Assembly (NCBI GenBank): GCA_038144855.1
Contig: JAYQOO010000004.1
Location: 12,349-76,348, forward strand
Source of the DNA: Acidimicrobiia bacterium
GTDB taxonomy: Bacteria > Acidobacteriota > Vicinamibacteria > Vicinamibacterales > UBA2999
Length of the DNA: 64,000 bases
Direction: 5' to 3'
The notes under the pieces were generated by a model. The model was given only the letters and a program-made list of their open reading frames with translations, searched no databases and was not told the DNA's origin. Below, piece after piece: positions 28,881 through 38,074 of the stretch (the first letter of the stretch is position 1; each line of letters starts with the position of its first letter). The position numbers and the translations under genes are program-made.

Positions 28881-31811
28881 ATGAGGCTGAACAGGCTGAC
28901 CGTGCTTTGCCTGTGCGTCACGCTGCTTTCGATGGCGGCACCCACGTTCGCGCAGGAATTCCGCGGCCGTATCAATGGCACCGTTACTGACAACACCGGC
29001 GCAGTGCTGCCGGGTGTGACCGTGACGGCTACCAGCCCTGCGTTGATTCAACCGCAGGTGCAGGTGACCGGTGGCGACGGTGGCTACCGCTTCCTGGCGC
29101 TCCCTCCGGGCGTCTACAGCATCGACTTCGAGTTGACCGGGTTCAACCAGGTCAAGCGACAGGACGTGCGCGTCGTCATCAACCAGACGCTGACCGTCGA
29201 CATGCAGATGCAGGTCGCGACCCTGCAGGAAACCGTCACGGTGACGGGCGCCTCCCCGATCGTCGACACCTCGACGACCGCGATGGGCACCAACTTCACC
29301 AAGGAACTGCTGACGGAAATCCCGAACGCGCGCGACATCTGGGCTGCGATGGCGCAGGCCCCCGGCATTCAGATGACCGCCTTCGACGTCGGCGGCTCGA
29401 ACACCGGTAACCAGTCCGGCTTCCGCTCGTATGGTTTCGACACGCAGAACCAGACCCGCATGGAAGGCATCGACACGACCGAAGGCACGGCGGCCAACGC
29501 CGGCTACTTCGACTTCGGCAGCTTTGAAGAGTTCCAGGTCGGCGGCGCCGGCGCGGACTCGGGCGCCTTCGCCGGCGGCGCGGTGCTGGCCATCAGCGTC
29601 AAGTCGGGTGGCGATCGCTTCACCGGCACCTGGTACAGCGACTACGTCGGCGAAAGCCAGCTGACCGACAACGTGCCCGACTACCTGCGCACCGCGAACA
29701 CGCCGAATGCAGACGGCCTGTTCTCGCGCAACGGTCTTTGCTTCCAGCGTTCAGGCGAGACGATCTGCCGCGGCAACGCCACCAAGAAGCAGTACGACCT
29801 CAACGGCGACTTCGGTGGTCCGCTGTGGAAGGGCAAGGCGTGGTTCTTCACCAGCTGGCGCTTGAACGACAAGTACGAGTACATCACCGGCCTCGGCGAA
29901 GAGACGCAGCGCTCGAAGCTCTCCAACAAGTACACCTTCAAGGGCACGTTCCAGCTTGGCAAGAACAACCAGATCATCGGCTTCCTGAACAAGCGCGAAA
30001 AGCTGCAGGACAAGCGCGGCGTGTCGCTGACCATTCCGCTGTCGGCCGCCTACTACCAGAGCTCGCGCAACTACCCAATGAAGATCGAGTGGACGTCGGT
30101 GCTCGGCAGCCGGGCGTTCCTCGACGTGCTCGCCGGCCAGTGGTACAACTTCTTCCCGCTGCGTCCGGTCCGCGATTTCGGTCTGTATGACGGCCCGTGG
30201 ACGGCGCCGCGCATCGACACCGCCACGAACGTTCGCTCCGCGACGGGCGGCAACAACGGCTACCAGGACCAGAAGCGCTTCAAGCCCCAGTTCTACACCA
30301 CGCTGTCCTACTTCAAGGATGGCTGGGCGGGCTCGCACGACTTCCGCGCCGGCTTCGACTGGAAGCGCGATCGTCGCCAGCTCTTCAATGACCAGCCGTT
30401 CGATATTGATTACCGCGACAACAACGGCAACCTCGCCGCAGTCGACATCTTCAACTCGTCTGTCACCGGCATCAACGATGTCGTCTACACCGCCGGCTGG
30501 ATCAACGACAGCTGGAAGGTCTCGAGCCGCCTGACGCTGAACATCGGCCTCCGTGTCGAGAACTACAAGGATGGCTGGCCGGATCAGTCGCTTGCACCGA
30601 ACGGTATCCCGGCGCTGGCGGGCACGACGGACGCGCGCCTGATCAACCACTTCGCGCCGAAAGACGTGAAGGCGACCAACGTCGCCACCACCACCACGCT
30701 CGCGCCGAAGGTTGGCTTTGCGTATGACCTCACCGGCGACAACCGCACGGTGATCAAGGGCTTCGTCGGCCAGTCGCGCTGGAACTCGGCCGACACGCTG
30801 GCTGACCAGGAAAACCCGGTCGGTCTCGCGCAGCTCCGTTACGCGTTCCTGTCGTGCGCCGCGGGCCAGACCACCGGCTGCGACCTCAACGGCGACCGTC
30901 TCGTCAGCTCGCCTGCCGAACTCGGCGCGTTCCAGTCGACCCAGGGCGGCGGCGGCTTCGTCCGCGTCGACCGTGACCTGGTTCGTCCGACCAGCAACGA
31001 AGTGTCGCTGAACCTCGAGCGCGAAATCGTCACCGGCCTCTCGGGCCGCGCGTCGTGGGTTTACAAGAACATGCGCAACGTGTGGGGCGAAATCGACGTG
31101 GTCCGCGCGGCGGGCTACACCGTGCCGTTCACCATCACCGATCCGGGCGCTGACCGCGTCGTCGGCACCGGCGACGACCAGACGTTCCAGACCCGGGCGC
31201 TGGCCGCCGGCACCGGCACCGATCGTGTCTACACCAACAGCGAAGCCAACAACGCCGACTTCCACACCGCGGAATTCGCGTTGAACCGCCGCTTCGCCAA
31301 CAAGTGGATGCTGCTCACGTCGTTCGGCTACACCTGGTCGACGATGAATCACAGCGCCGCCGGCGCGCGCTCGTTCGTCTACCGTCCGTTCGACATGATG
31401 TTCGGCGACAACGGCCGCGAGACCGACACCCTGTGGAACTACAACATCATCGGCCGCAACGTGCTGCCGTTAGAAGTGGGCTTCTCGGGTTCGTGGAAGG
31501 TGCAGAGCGGCTTCAACTACGCCCGCACCATCAGCGTGACCATGCCGGTCGAAGGCGCGCGCACGATCCGCGTGCAGCCGATCGACTCGAACCGCTACCC
31601 GTCGGTGCAGATCCTCGACCTGCGCCTCGACAAGTCGTTCGACCTCGGCAAGTTCGGCAAGCTCCAGCCGATGCTCGACGTCTTCAACACGCTGAACTCG
31701 GGCGTGCCGACGACGGTTCGCACGACCAACACCGCGACGGCGCCGTTCAACGAAGTGACCGCAACGCTCAACCCGCGCGTCATTCGCTTCGGCGTCCGCT
31801 ACAACTTCTAA
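28881..31811 (+). CDS. TonB-dependent receptor-like outer-membrane protein with CarboxypepD_reg N-domain (tandem copy 2)
   Basis: Start trimmed to MRLNRLTVLCLCVTLLSMAAPTFAQ, with GGAGGAGAACTAC preceding the ATG. Collinear with copy 1 over the full length. C-terminal VIRFGVRYNF. Confidence 0.9.
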   Translation: MRLNRLTVLCLCVTLLSMAAPTFAQEFRGRINGTVTDNTGAVLPGVTVTATSPALIQPQVQVTGGDGGYRFLALPPGVYSIDFELTGFNQVKRQDVRVVINQTLTVDMQMQVATLQETVTVTGASPIVDTSTTAMGTNFTKELLTEIPNARDIWAAMAQAPGIQMTAFDVGGSNTGNQSGFRSYGFDTQNQTRMEGIDTTEGTAANAGYFDFGSFEEFQVGGAGADSGAFAGGAVLAISVKSGGDRFTGTWYSDYVGESQLTDNVPDYLRTANTPNADGLFSRNGLCFQRSGETICRGNATKKQYDLNGDFGGPLWKGKAWFFTSWRLNDKYEYITGLGEETQRSKLSNKYTFKGTFQLGKNNQIIGFLNKREKLQDKRGVSLTIPLSAAYYQSSRNYPMKIEWTSVLGSRAFLDVLAGQWYNFFPLRPVRDFGLYDGPWTAPRIDTATNVRSATGGNNGYQDQKRFKPQFYTTLSYFKDGWAGSHDFRAGFDWKRDRRQLFNDQPFDIDYRDNNGNLAAVDIFNSSVTGINDVVYTAGWINDSWKVSSRLTLNIGLRVENYKDGWPDQSLAPNGIPALAGTTDARLINHFAPKDVKATNVATTTTLAPKVGFAYDLTGDNRTVIKGFVGQSRWNSADTLADQENPVGLAQLRYAFLSCAAGQTTGCDLNGDRLVSSPAELGAFQSTQGGGGFVRVDRDLVRPTSNEVSLNLEREIVTGLSGRASWVYKNMRNVWGEIDVVRAAGYTVPFTITDPGADRVVGTGDDQTFQTRALAAGTGTDRVYTNSEANNADFHTAEFALNRRFANKWMLLTSFGYTWSTMNHSAAGARSFVYRPFDMMFGDNGRETDTLWNYNIIGRNVLPLEVGFSGSWKVQSGFNYARTISVTMPVEGARTIRVQPIDSNRYPSVQILDLRLDKSFDLGKFGKLQPMLDVFNTLNSGVPTTVRTTNTATAPFNEVTATLNPRVIRFGVRYNF

Positions 31812-31928
31812 TCGCGTAGAACGCGATTAGAAGTGGGCTACGTAGCTTAGCCGCGCCTCCGGCGCAGCGGCTTTGCAAGCCGCTACGCGACATCAACGGC
31901 CTGTTCCACACCCGTGGGACGGGCCGTT

Positions 31929-32429
31929 TTACTGTACGGGTTCGATGAAGAGCAGGTCCCAGGAAAGGCGAGTCGCCCACGCGAGCTGCCAGATGGTGAG
32001 GGTCATCAGCAGGTAAAGGGTCACCGCCAGGCCGGCCATTAGCGCCAGCGCCACCGCAACCAGCACGGCATAGCTGGCAATCGACAACCGATACAACGAC
32101 AAACGGCGGCTGCCGAGGCGCGCGGCGGCGCGCAACTGCCCTACCGTCTGTTTGACCGCCATCAGGCCGAGGATCGCCAGCGGCAGGCCGACGCCGAGCG
32201 GTTGCTGCCCTGGAATCAGGATGACGAGCGAGAACACCACCAAGTAAAGGTAGCAGCCGAAGGTATGGCGCGCGAGCACCCGCAGGTCCGCGTGCTTCGC
32301 CGACGACAGCTCGGTGAAACGAATCGAGACGCTGACAAACAGCAGTCCAGCGAAGGTGGCCGCGACGGCGGCAAGGGTGCTGTAAAACGCGGTCCAGTTC
32401 GCAACCTGGGCACTGAATGTCACCGACAC
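31929..32429 (-). CDS. membrane protein (hypothetical, about 5 TM)
   Basis: Hydrophobic 166-aa ORF. GGAGG is placed so that the second in-frame GTG (32423) may be the true start. Confidence 0.55.
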   Translation of the reverse strand: MSVTFSAQVANWTAFYSTLAAVAATFAGLLFVSVSIRFTELSSAKHADLRVLARHTFGCYLYLVVFSLVILIPGQQPLGVGLPLAILGLMAVKQTVGQLRAAARLGSRRLSLYRLSIASYAVLVAVALALMAGLAVTLYLLMTLTIWQLAWATRLSWDLLFIEPVQ

Positions 32430-32483
32430 CTCCTCGACACCTGGAACAGGAGGTTACTCGAATTACCCGTGCATTACTGACCG

Positions 32484-32630
32484 CTACCTGTCGAGAGCCC
32501 CTCGTACGGCGCGCAGCAGCACGACGGAGGTGATGGGCTTTTGCAGGAACCGGCCACTCTCGGCGTCTTCATCAGTCAGCAGCTGCGCCGCGTCACCAGA
32601 CATGAAAATGATCGGCGGATCGAACCGCAT
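32484..32630 (-). pseudogene. stump of a response-regulator receiver domain (C-terminal third only)
   Basis: My translation: MRFDPPIIFMSGDAAQLLTDEDAESGRFLQKPITSVVLLRAVRGALDR, then TAG. This matches the beta4-alpha4-beta5-alpha5 region of REC domains (P-I-I-x-x-SG ... FLxKP). No room exists for the N-terminal two thirds before the next gene. Confidence 0.4.
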
Positions 32631-32687
32631 TCTACGGCGTTTCCCGTAGCAATCCGAACTGAACAGTGATACAAAAGGCGCCCTGCA

Positions 32688-34658
32688 ATGCGACCGCTGG
32701 CTCCCCGGCTCGTCGTTGTCCTCTGCTATGTGTTTGCAGCGCTGGCATTTTCATGGCCACTCCCCCTGCAGCTGTCTACACACCTGACCGGTGATCCGGG
32801 CGGTGATACAGGAGTGTATGTATGGAACCAGTGGATTTTCCATCAGGAGTTCACCACTGGGCACAATCCGATGGCGACGGAAAAGATCCTGTCGTTGTCG
32901 ACGCCACCCGTTGACCTGTCTCAGCACAACTACACCGCATTCCTGAATCTGCTCGCGCTGCCGATGGTCACGCCGCTTGGCATCATCACGGCCTTCAATC
33001 TCGTCTTCCTGATCACGTGCGTCTTGAACGCCTTGGCCATGTACGGCTTGGCCAGGTACGCCACGACGGCGACCCGGCCGGAGGCGTGGCTTACCGGACT
33101 GGTGTTTGCGTGGTCGCCGCTGATGCTGGCGCGCACAACCGGTCACTACAGCCTCGTCGCCGCAGCGGCACTGCCGGCATTTGTGTGGTGCCTGATGCGG
33201 GCCGATCGCACCCGCTCGCTCCGCGATGCCGCAATGGCGGGGCTGTGTATGGCGTGGGCCGGCCTGTCGGATGCGTATTTTGGCATCTACTGCGTACTCA
33301 TCGCGATTCTCTATCTGACTGCGCAAGTCATCCGCTTCTCCCGCACGCCGAACGTAAGGTCCCGCCACTGGACCTGGCCACTCGACTTGATGATCGTGTG
33401 CTTCGGCGGCTTGATCGCGGGGCTGACACTCGGGCAAGGCGGAGAGTTCGTGCTGCTGGGCGTGCCAATCCGCATGCGCAGTCTCTACACACCGGTGTTG
33501 ATCCTGACCATCCTGGTGACCGTACGGCTCGGAATCTGGTGGCGGCCTCAATTCAAGAGATCGACATTCGAGCCGGTGCCGCTAAAAGCGGTTCTGGTCG
33601 CGGCCCTCGCGTGTGCCGGGCCGCTGTCACCCGTGTTGTACGGCCTCGGCAGCCGGGTCATGGAAGGCCGCTTCGTCAGCCCAACGATCTACTGGCGCAG
33701 CAGCCCGCCCGGGGTCGACCTGCTGGCGTTCTTCACGCCAAACTCACAGCATCCTCTAGTGCGATGGTTCGCACCCGATCCGTTGTTGACGAGCCCAACG
33801 CACTTCGTGGAGTACACCGCCGCGTTGAGCCTGGTGTCGCTTGCGATCATCGCCTTTGCCTGTTGGCGCGCCCGCTACCGCCCCGCCGGCGGATGGGTGC
33901 TGATCACGGTCGGATTCGCGCTGTTGGCGTTGGGTCCCTTTGTGCAGGTCGCCGGCTACAACACGCACGTGCCCGGTCCATGGGCGCTGCTGCGCTATCT
34001 GCCCGGATTCGGCCTGGCGAGAATGCCGACGCGGTTTGCGATCGTCGCCTCGATGGGCGTGGCGGTAATCCTCGCGGGTGCGCTAGCGGCCATAGGATCG
34101 AAGTGGCCGCAACGACGCCGGCTCGTCGTGGCGATCGCGACAATCCTGGTGATCTTCGAACTGCTCCCGGCGCCACGAACGCTGTATTCCGCGGAGGTGT
34201 CGCCGCTGTACGACCAGATTGCCAATGACACCCGTGACGTCCGGGTGCTGTCCCTGCCGTTTGGTGTGCGCGACGGCACGTGGGAGACGGGCAACTTCCG
34301 GCCTCGTTCATTGCTCAACCAGACCACGCATGGCAAGGCGTTGATTGGCGGCTACCTGTCGAGGATTTCCCAATCCCGCGTCACGCGCATGCGCGAGGAA
34401 TACCCGACGCTGGACGCGCTGATTGCCCTCAGCGAGAAGCCGCCGATCGGCCCCGAAGTGGCCGCAACGCTGCGTGAGCGCAGCGACCGGCTGATGAAGC
34501 TCGGGAACGTCGGCTACGTGGTCATCGATTCGCGCTTCATCCCGCCGGATCGCGCCAACCTGGTGATCGAGACGCTGAAGCTGCGCTTCGCAGCCCGGGA
34601 TCGACACCTGACGTTGTACGTCCCAGAAGCAGATCGCGATTCACCGCTGTTCCCGTAG
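32688..34658 (+). CDS. large polytopic membrane protein, GT-C-like glycosyltransferase fold suspected
   Basis: 656 aa. About 12 TM in the N-terminal 480 aa, then a soluble C-domain. The N-terminus FSWPLPLQLSTHLTGDPGGDTGVYVWNQW resembles hypothetical GT-C/YfhO-like proteins. Inference only. Confidence 0.7.
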   Translation: MRPLAPRLVVVLCYVFAALAFSWPLPLQLSTHLTGDPGGDTGVYVWNQWIFHQEFTTGHNPMATEKILSLSTPPVDLSQHNYTAFLNLLALPMVTPLGIITAFNLVFLITCVLNALAMYGLARYATTATRPEAWLTGLVFAWSPLMLARTTGHYSLVAAAALPAFVWCLMRADRTRSLRDAAMAGLCMAWAGLSDAYFGIYCVLIAILYLTAQVIRFSRTPNVRSRHWTWPLDLMIVCFGGLIAGLTLGQGGEFVLLGVPIRMRSLYTPVLILTILVTVRLGIWWRPQFKRSTFEPVPLKAVLVAALACAGPLSPVLYGLGSRVMEGRFVSPTIYWRSSPPGVDLLAFFTPNSQHPLVRWFAPDPLLTSPTHFVEYTAALSLVSLAIIAFACWRARYRPAGGWVLITVGFALLALGPFVQVAGYNTHVPGPWALLRYLPGFGLARMPTRFAIVASMGVAVILAGALAAIGSKWPQRRRLVVAIATILVIFELLPAPRTLYSAEVSPLYDQIANDTRDVRVLSLPFGVRDGTWETGNFRPRSLLNQTTHGKALIGGYLSRISQSRVTRMREEYPTLDALIALSEKPPIGPEVAATLRERSDRLMKLGNVGYVVIDSRFIPPDRANLVIETLKLRFAARDRHLTLYVPEADRDSPLFP

Positions 34659-34680
34659 CGAATCGTGAGCGCAGCCCCCA

Positions 34681-34686
34681 TATAAT
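34681..34686 (+). promoter_or_regulatory. perfect TATAAT 6 nt before GTG 34693 (leaderless-type arrangement)
   Basis: cccca-TATAAT-ctctgg-GTG. Lies in the 34-bp spacer after the stop of the preceding gene. Confidence 0.4.
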
Positions 34687-34692
34687 CTCTGG

Positions 34693-37600
34693 GTGATTCG
34701 GCGCGGTCCGTTCCTGTTGTTGTTCGCGGTGTCAGGCGCCGCGGCACTCATTTACGAGGTGGTCTGGACCCGGCTGCTGACTCTGCACATGGGCCACGGC
34801 CTGGCGGCAGCCAGCGCCGTGCTCGCGGCGTTCATGGGCGGGCTCGCCGCAGGTGCCGGCGCCGCCGGACGCTACGCCAGGCACCTCTCCCCGAAACGCG
34901 CGCTCGCGCTCTATGCCGGGCTGGAAGTCGCCATCGGCGCCATTGCGCTGGCAATGCCACTGCTCTTGATGGCCGTACGGCCGCTCCTGGCCGCTACTTA
35001 CGCGGACGGCAGCGGCGGCGCCGCGTTCGGCTTCGTGCGGCTGGCCTCGAGCATCCTGCTGCTCTGCATTCCGGCGGCGTGCATGGGCGCGACCTTCCCG
35101 ATCGCGTCGCGCTGGATGGTGCGCACGGCTGCCACCGCCGCGCAGGATGCCGGCGGGCTGTACGCCGCCAATACGCTTGGCGCCGCTGCAGGTGCCGTGC
35201 TGGCAGGCTTCATCCTGATTCCTGCACTCGGTCTGCAGGGCACCACGTTTGCGGGTGTTGCGCTGAACCTGGTTGCCGCCGCGGGCGCGTGGTGGATCGC
35301 CAAATCCCAGGGCACACTGCTGCCGGGGCACGACGAGACACCGCAAAGCGGCCATCAGGCCAAGCCGAAGAGTTCCCAGCCGATCGCCGCTGATCCCTGG
35401 CTGGCTGCGCTCGCCCTCGGTGCGAGCGGGTTTGCGTCGCTGACGCTGCAGGTAGTGTGGACGCGGCTGCTGGCGCAGATCCTCGGCCCGACCACCTACG
35501 CCTTCAGCACCATCGTCTCGATCTTCATCATCGGCATTGCCATCGGCGCCGCCATCGCCTCTCGCCTTGCTGCACGGATGAAATACCCGTCGATCGGGCT
35601 GGCCTGTTCGCTCCTCATCAGCGCCGGCCTCGCGCTCGCAGCCGCCGGCTTGGTGGATTGGGCGTTGTTGACGATCGGCGACATCGTCTCGAACAAGCAG
35701 TTCACGTTCAGCGACGTTCTGCAGCGCGAAGTTCTGCTGGTGTCCGCGCTGCTGCTGCCGATGACGATTGCCTTCGGCTCAGCGTTCCCGTTTGCCGTTG
35801 CGATGGGCGGCGGCCAGGACGATAGCGTGACGGAGCACATCGGCGCGATCTACGCCGTCAACACGCTTGGCGCGATCCTGGGATCGCTACTGGCCGGGTT
35901 TCTGCTCGTGCCGGCGGCTGGACTCTTCAACACCATTCGACTGGTCGCCATCATCAGCGCAATGACCGCGATCGTGATCCTGCTCAGGACCGCGCAGAGC
36001 CGCGGCCGGGTCATCGGGTTTGCGCTGTCAGGCGCCGTCATCCTGGCGATCGGGTTCGCGCCGCAGTGGGATCCGTCACTGCTCTCGAGCGGCGTCTACA
36101 AGTACGCGCCCGCCATGCGAGGCGCGAGCCTCGAAACATCGCTGACCGCCGGCGAGCTGTTGTCGTATCGGGAGGGAGCGACAGCGACCGTCGCCGTGCG
36201 CACGTTGACCGGCACGCTGTCGCTGGCCATCGACGGCAAGGTCGACGCATCCAACGCCGGCGACATGGTGACGCAGCGGCTGCTCGCGCATGTGCCGTTG
36301 CTGCTCCATCCCGATCCCAAGAACGTCGCGATCCTCGGCCTGGGCAGCGGCGTGACGCTCGGCTCGGCCCTCCAGCATCCCATTACGTCGGCCACGGTGC
36401 TCGAAATCTCGCCGGAAGTCGTCGACGCCTCCAGATTCTTCGAGGCGGAAAACCATAAGGCACTGTCGGATCCGCGCACGCGCGTCATCGTCGGTGACGG
36501 CCGCACGCACCTCATGCTCGGCTCACAGAACTATGACGTGATCGTATCGGAGCCGTCGAACCCATGGATGGCCGGCATCGCGTCGCTCTTCACGCAGGAG
36601 TTCTTCGAGGGCGCCCGCGCGCGCCTGGCGCCTGACGGCGTCCTGTGTCAATGGGCGCACACCTACGACATCAGCAACGACGACCTCAGGTCGATCGTGG
36701 CGACCTTCCTCTCGGTATTCCCAGAAGGCACGTTGTGGCTCGTTGGCGAAGCGGACGTCTTGTTGGTTGGATCCACCGAGCCCATGGGGCCGCGAATGGC
36801 GGGGATCGCAGCGGCCATGCAACGGCCGAAGGTGGCCGAAGACCTGGCGACCATCCAGCTCAAAGGACCATTTTCCGTGGCCTCGCTGTTTGTGGCCGAA
36901 GGCGAGTCGCTTCGGAACTGGGCAGGCGGCGCCCGACTGCAGACCGACAATCGCTCGGCACTCGAGTTCTCGGGACCTCGAAGCGTGTTCGGCGCGCAAC
37001 GCGACGACAACGCCACGGCCCTTCGGACGCTGGCGACCGGCAGCCCCAAGCCGGCGGCCATCGCCAGAGCGTTTGCCGATGCCACCCCTGCCGACTGGCG
37101 CGACCGCGGGATGATGATGCTACGGGCCGAGGCCTTCCAGCTCGCCTACGAGGACCTGTCGCGCTCACTCGAGGCCCATCCCGACGATCCAGCCGCCCTC
37201 GACGGACTGATCCGCGCCGCGGCACCGCTGAACAAGGTCGGCGACGCTCAGGTCTTTCTGACCAAGCTGTCGGCGGATCCGTCACGCGAATCGGCCCGAC
37301 TGGCGCTATCGAGAGTGCTCGCCTCTCAAAACAATATCGAGGCGGCAATCCGGATTCCCCTCGACATGCTGCAGGCCAATCCTGGTCACGTGCCGGCACT
37401 CGAACAGATGGCCTCGATCCTCGCCGACATTGGCGACGTCAGCCGGCTGGAACCGGTCGCCCAACGCCTGTTGCACGAAGCCCCCAAGAATGGGTGGGCG
37501 CATTACTACTCCGCCACACTGTTCTTCCTACAGGGCCGGCCGGTGGCTGCCCTGCAGGCGGCTCGCAACGCCGTCGCCCTGGACCCTACAAACGCCAAGG

Positions 37601-37833
37601 CACACAACCTGATCGGCGCCAGCCTGGCGGAGTCCGGTCAGACGGACGCCGCTCGGACCGCTTTCGAGACCTCCCTTCGGTATGACCCGAGGGAACCAGG
37701 CACCTACGCCAACCTCGCGACGCTCGAACTTCAATCGGGCAATCGGGACCTGGCTCGGCGCTACTTCTCCGAAGCGCTGACGATCGACCCCTCGAATCAG
37801 AGCGCGCGCGCCGCATTGAATTCAATTCGCTGA
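34693..37833 (+). CDS. fused MFS-like membrane domain / spermidine synthase-like domain / TPR protein
   Basis: N-terminus FAVSGAAALIYEVVWTRLL plus many TMs. Aminopropyltransferase-like core VAILGLGSGVT...VLEISPEVV...DVIVSEPSNPWMAG. C-terminal TPR repeats (ALQAARNAVALDP, ARTAFETSLRYDP, ARRYFSEALTIDP). Confidence 0.85.
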   Translation: MIRRGPFLLLFAVSGAAALIYEVVWTRLLTLHMGHGLAAASAVLAAFMGGLAAGAGAAGRYARHLSPKRALALYAGLEVAIGAIALAMPLLLMAVRPLLAATYADGSGGAAFGFVRLASSILLLCIPAACMGATFPIASRWMVRTAATAAQDAGGLYAANTLGAAAGAVLAGFILIPALGLQGTTFAGVALNLVAAAGAWWIAKSQGTLLPGHDETPQSGHQAKPKSSQPIAADPWLAALALGASGFASLTLQVVWTRLLAQILGPTTYAFSTIVSIFIIGIAIGAAIASRLAARMKYPSIGLACSLLISAGLALAAAGLVDWALLTIGDIVSNKQFTFSDVLQREVLLVSALLLPMTIAFGSAFPFAVAMGGGQDDSVTEHIGAIYAVNTLGAILGSLLAGFLLVPAAGLFNTIRLVAIISAMTAIVILLRTAQSRGRVIGFALSGAVILAIGFAPQWDPSLLSSGVYKYAPAMRGASLETSLTAGELLSYREGATATVAVRTLTGTLSLAIDGKVDASNAGDMVTQRLLAHVPLLLHPDPKNVAILGLGSGVTLGSALQHPITSATVLEISPEVVDASRFFEAENHKALSDPRTRVIVGDGRTHLMLGSQNYDVIVSEPSNPWMAGIASLFTQEFFEGARARLAPDGVLCQWAHTYDISNDDLRSIVATFLSVFPEGTLWLVGEADVLLVGSTEPMGPRMAGIAAAMQRPKVAEDLATIQLKGPFSVASLFVAEGESLRNWAGGARLQTDNRSALEFSGPRSVFGAQRDDNATALRTLATGSPKPAAIARAFADATPADWRDRGMMMLRAEAFQLAYEDLSRSLEAHPDDPAALDGLIRAAAPLNKVGDAQVFLTKLSADPSRESARLALSRVLASQNNIEAAIRIPLDMLQANPGHVPALEQMASILADIGDVSRLEPVAQRLLHEAPKNGWAHYYSATLFFLQGRPVAALQAARNAVALDPTNAKAHNLIGASLAESGQTDAARTAFETSLRYDPREPGTYANLATLELQSGNRDLARRYFSEALTIDPSNQSARAALNSIR

Positions 37834-38032
37834 AGTGAGAAATCCAACCGCCTAAATTTTGGCGGCACCGCTCGTTCGGTCTCGACTGCTACCTTCGAGT
37901 CAGGCGACTGTGGAACTGTGTGCTCACAGCCTCACGGCACTGTGTAGAAACTGCCACTCCAGACAGCGCTCGACTGTCCGATTCCCTAGATGTCCCTGCT
38001 GTGTCGCCGCACGGACGAGCGGCACGGTACTT

Positions 38033-38051
38033 GCTAGATGGTTAGCTAGAT
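38033..38051 (+). repeat. GCTAGAT direct repeat x2 (12-bp period), with a third CTAGAT at 37986
   Basis: GCTAGATggttaGCTAGAT, 24-42 nt upstream of ATG 38075. Confidence 0.45.
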
Positions 38052-38074
38052 TCGGAGCCGAGGGGAAGAAACCA

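Noticed and set aside
32631-32740. Upstream extension of the receiver stump (frame reads ...IAEDNDE...SLFSSD...)
   Set aside because: The spacing between the EDxD-like and acceptor-like segments is about half that of a real receiver domain. The frame has no start codon and overlaps the well-supported start of the 32688 gene. Likely coincidence.
37815-37826. Perfect 12-bp palindrome ATTGAATTCAAT, sharing ATTGAAT with the 25242 palindrome and the 11259 hairpin
   Set aside because: It lies inside the last codons of the spermidine-synthase-like gene (…ALNSIR). It is too short and AT-only to form a stable hairpin. Three occurrences of a 7-mer are not enough to claim a regulon without a genome-wide count.
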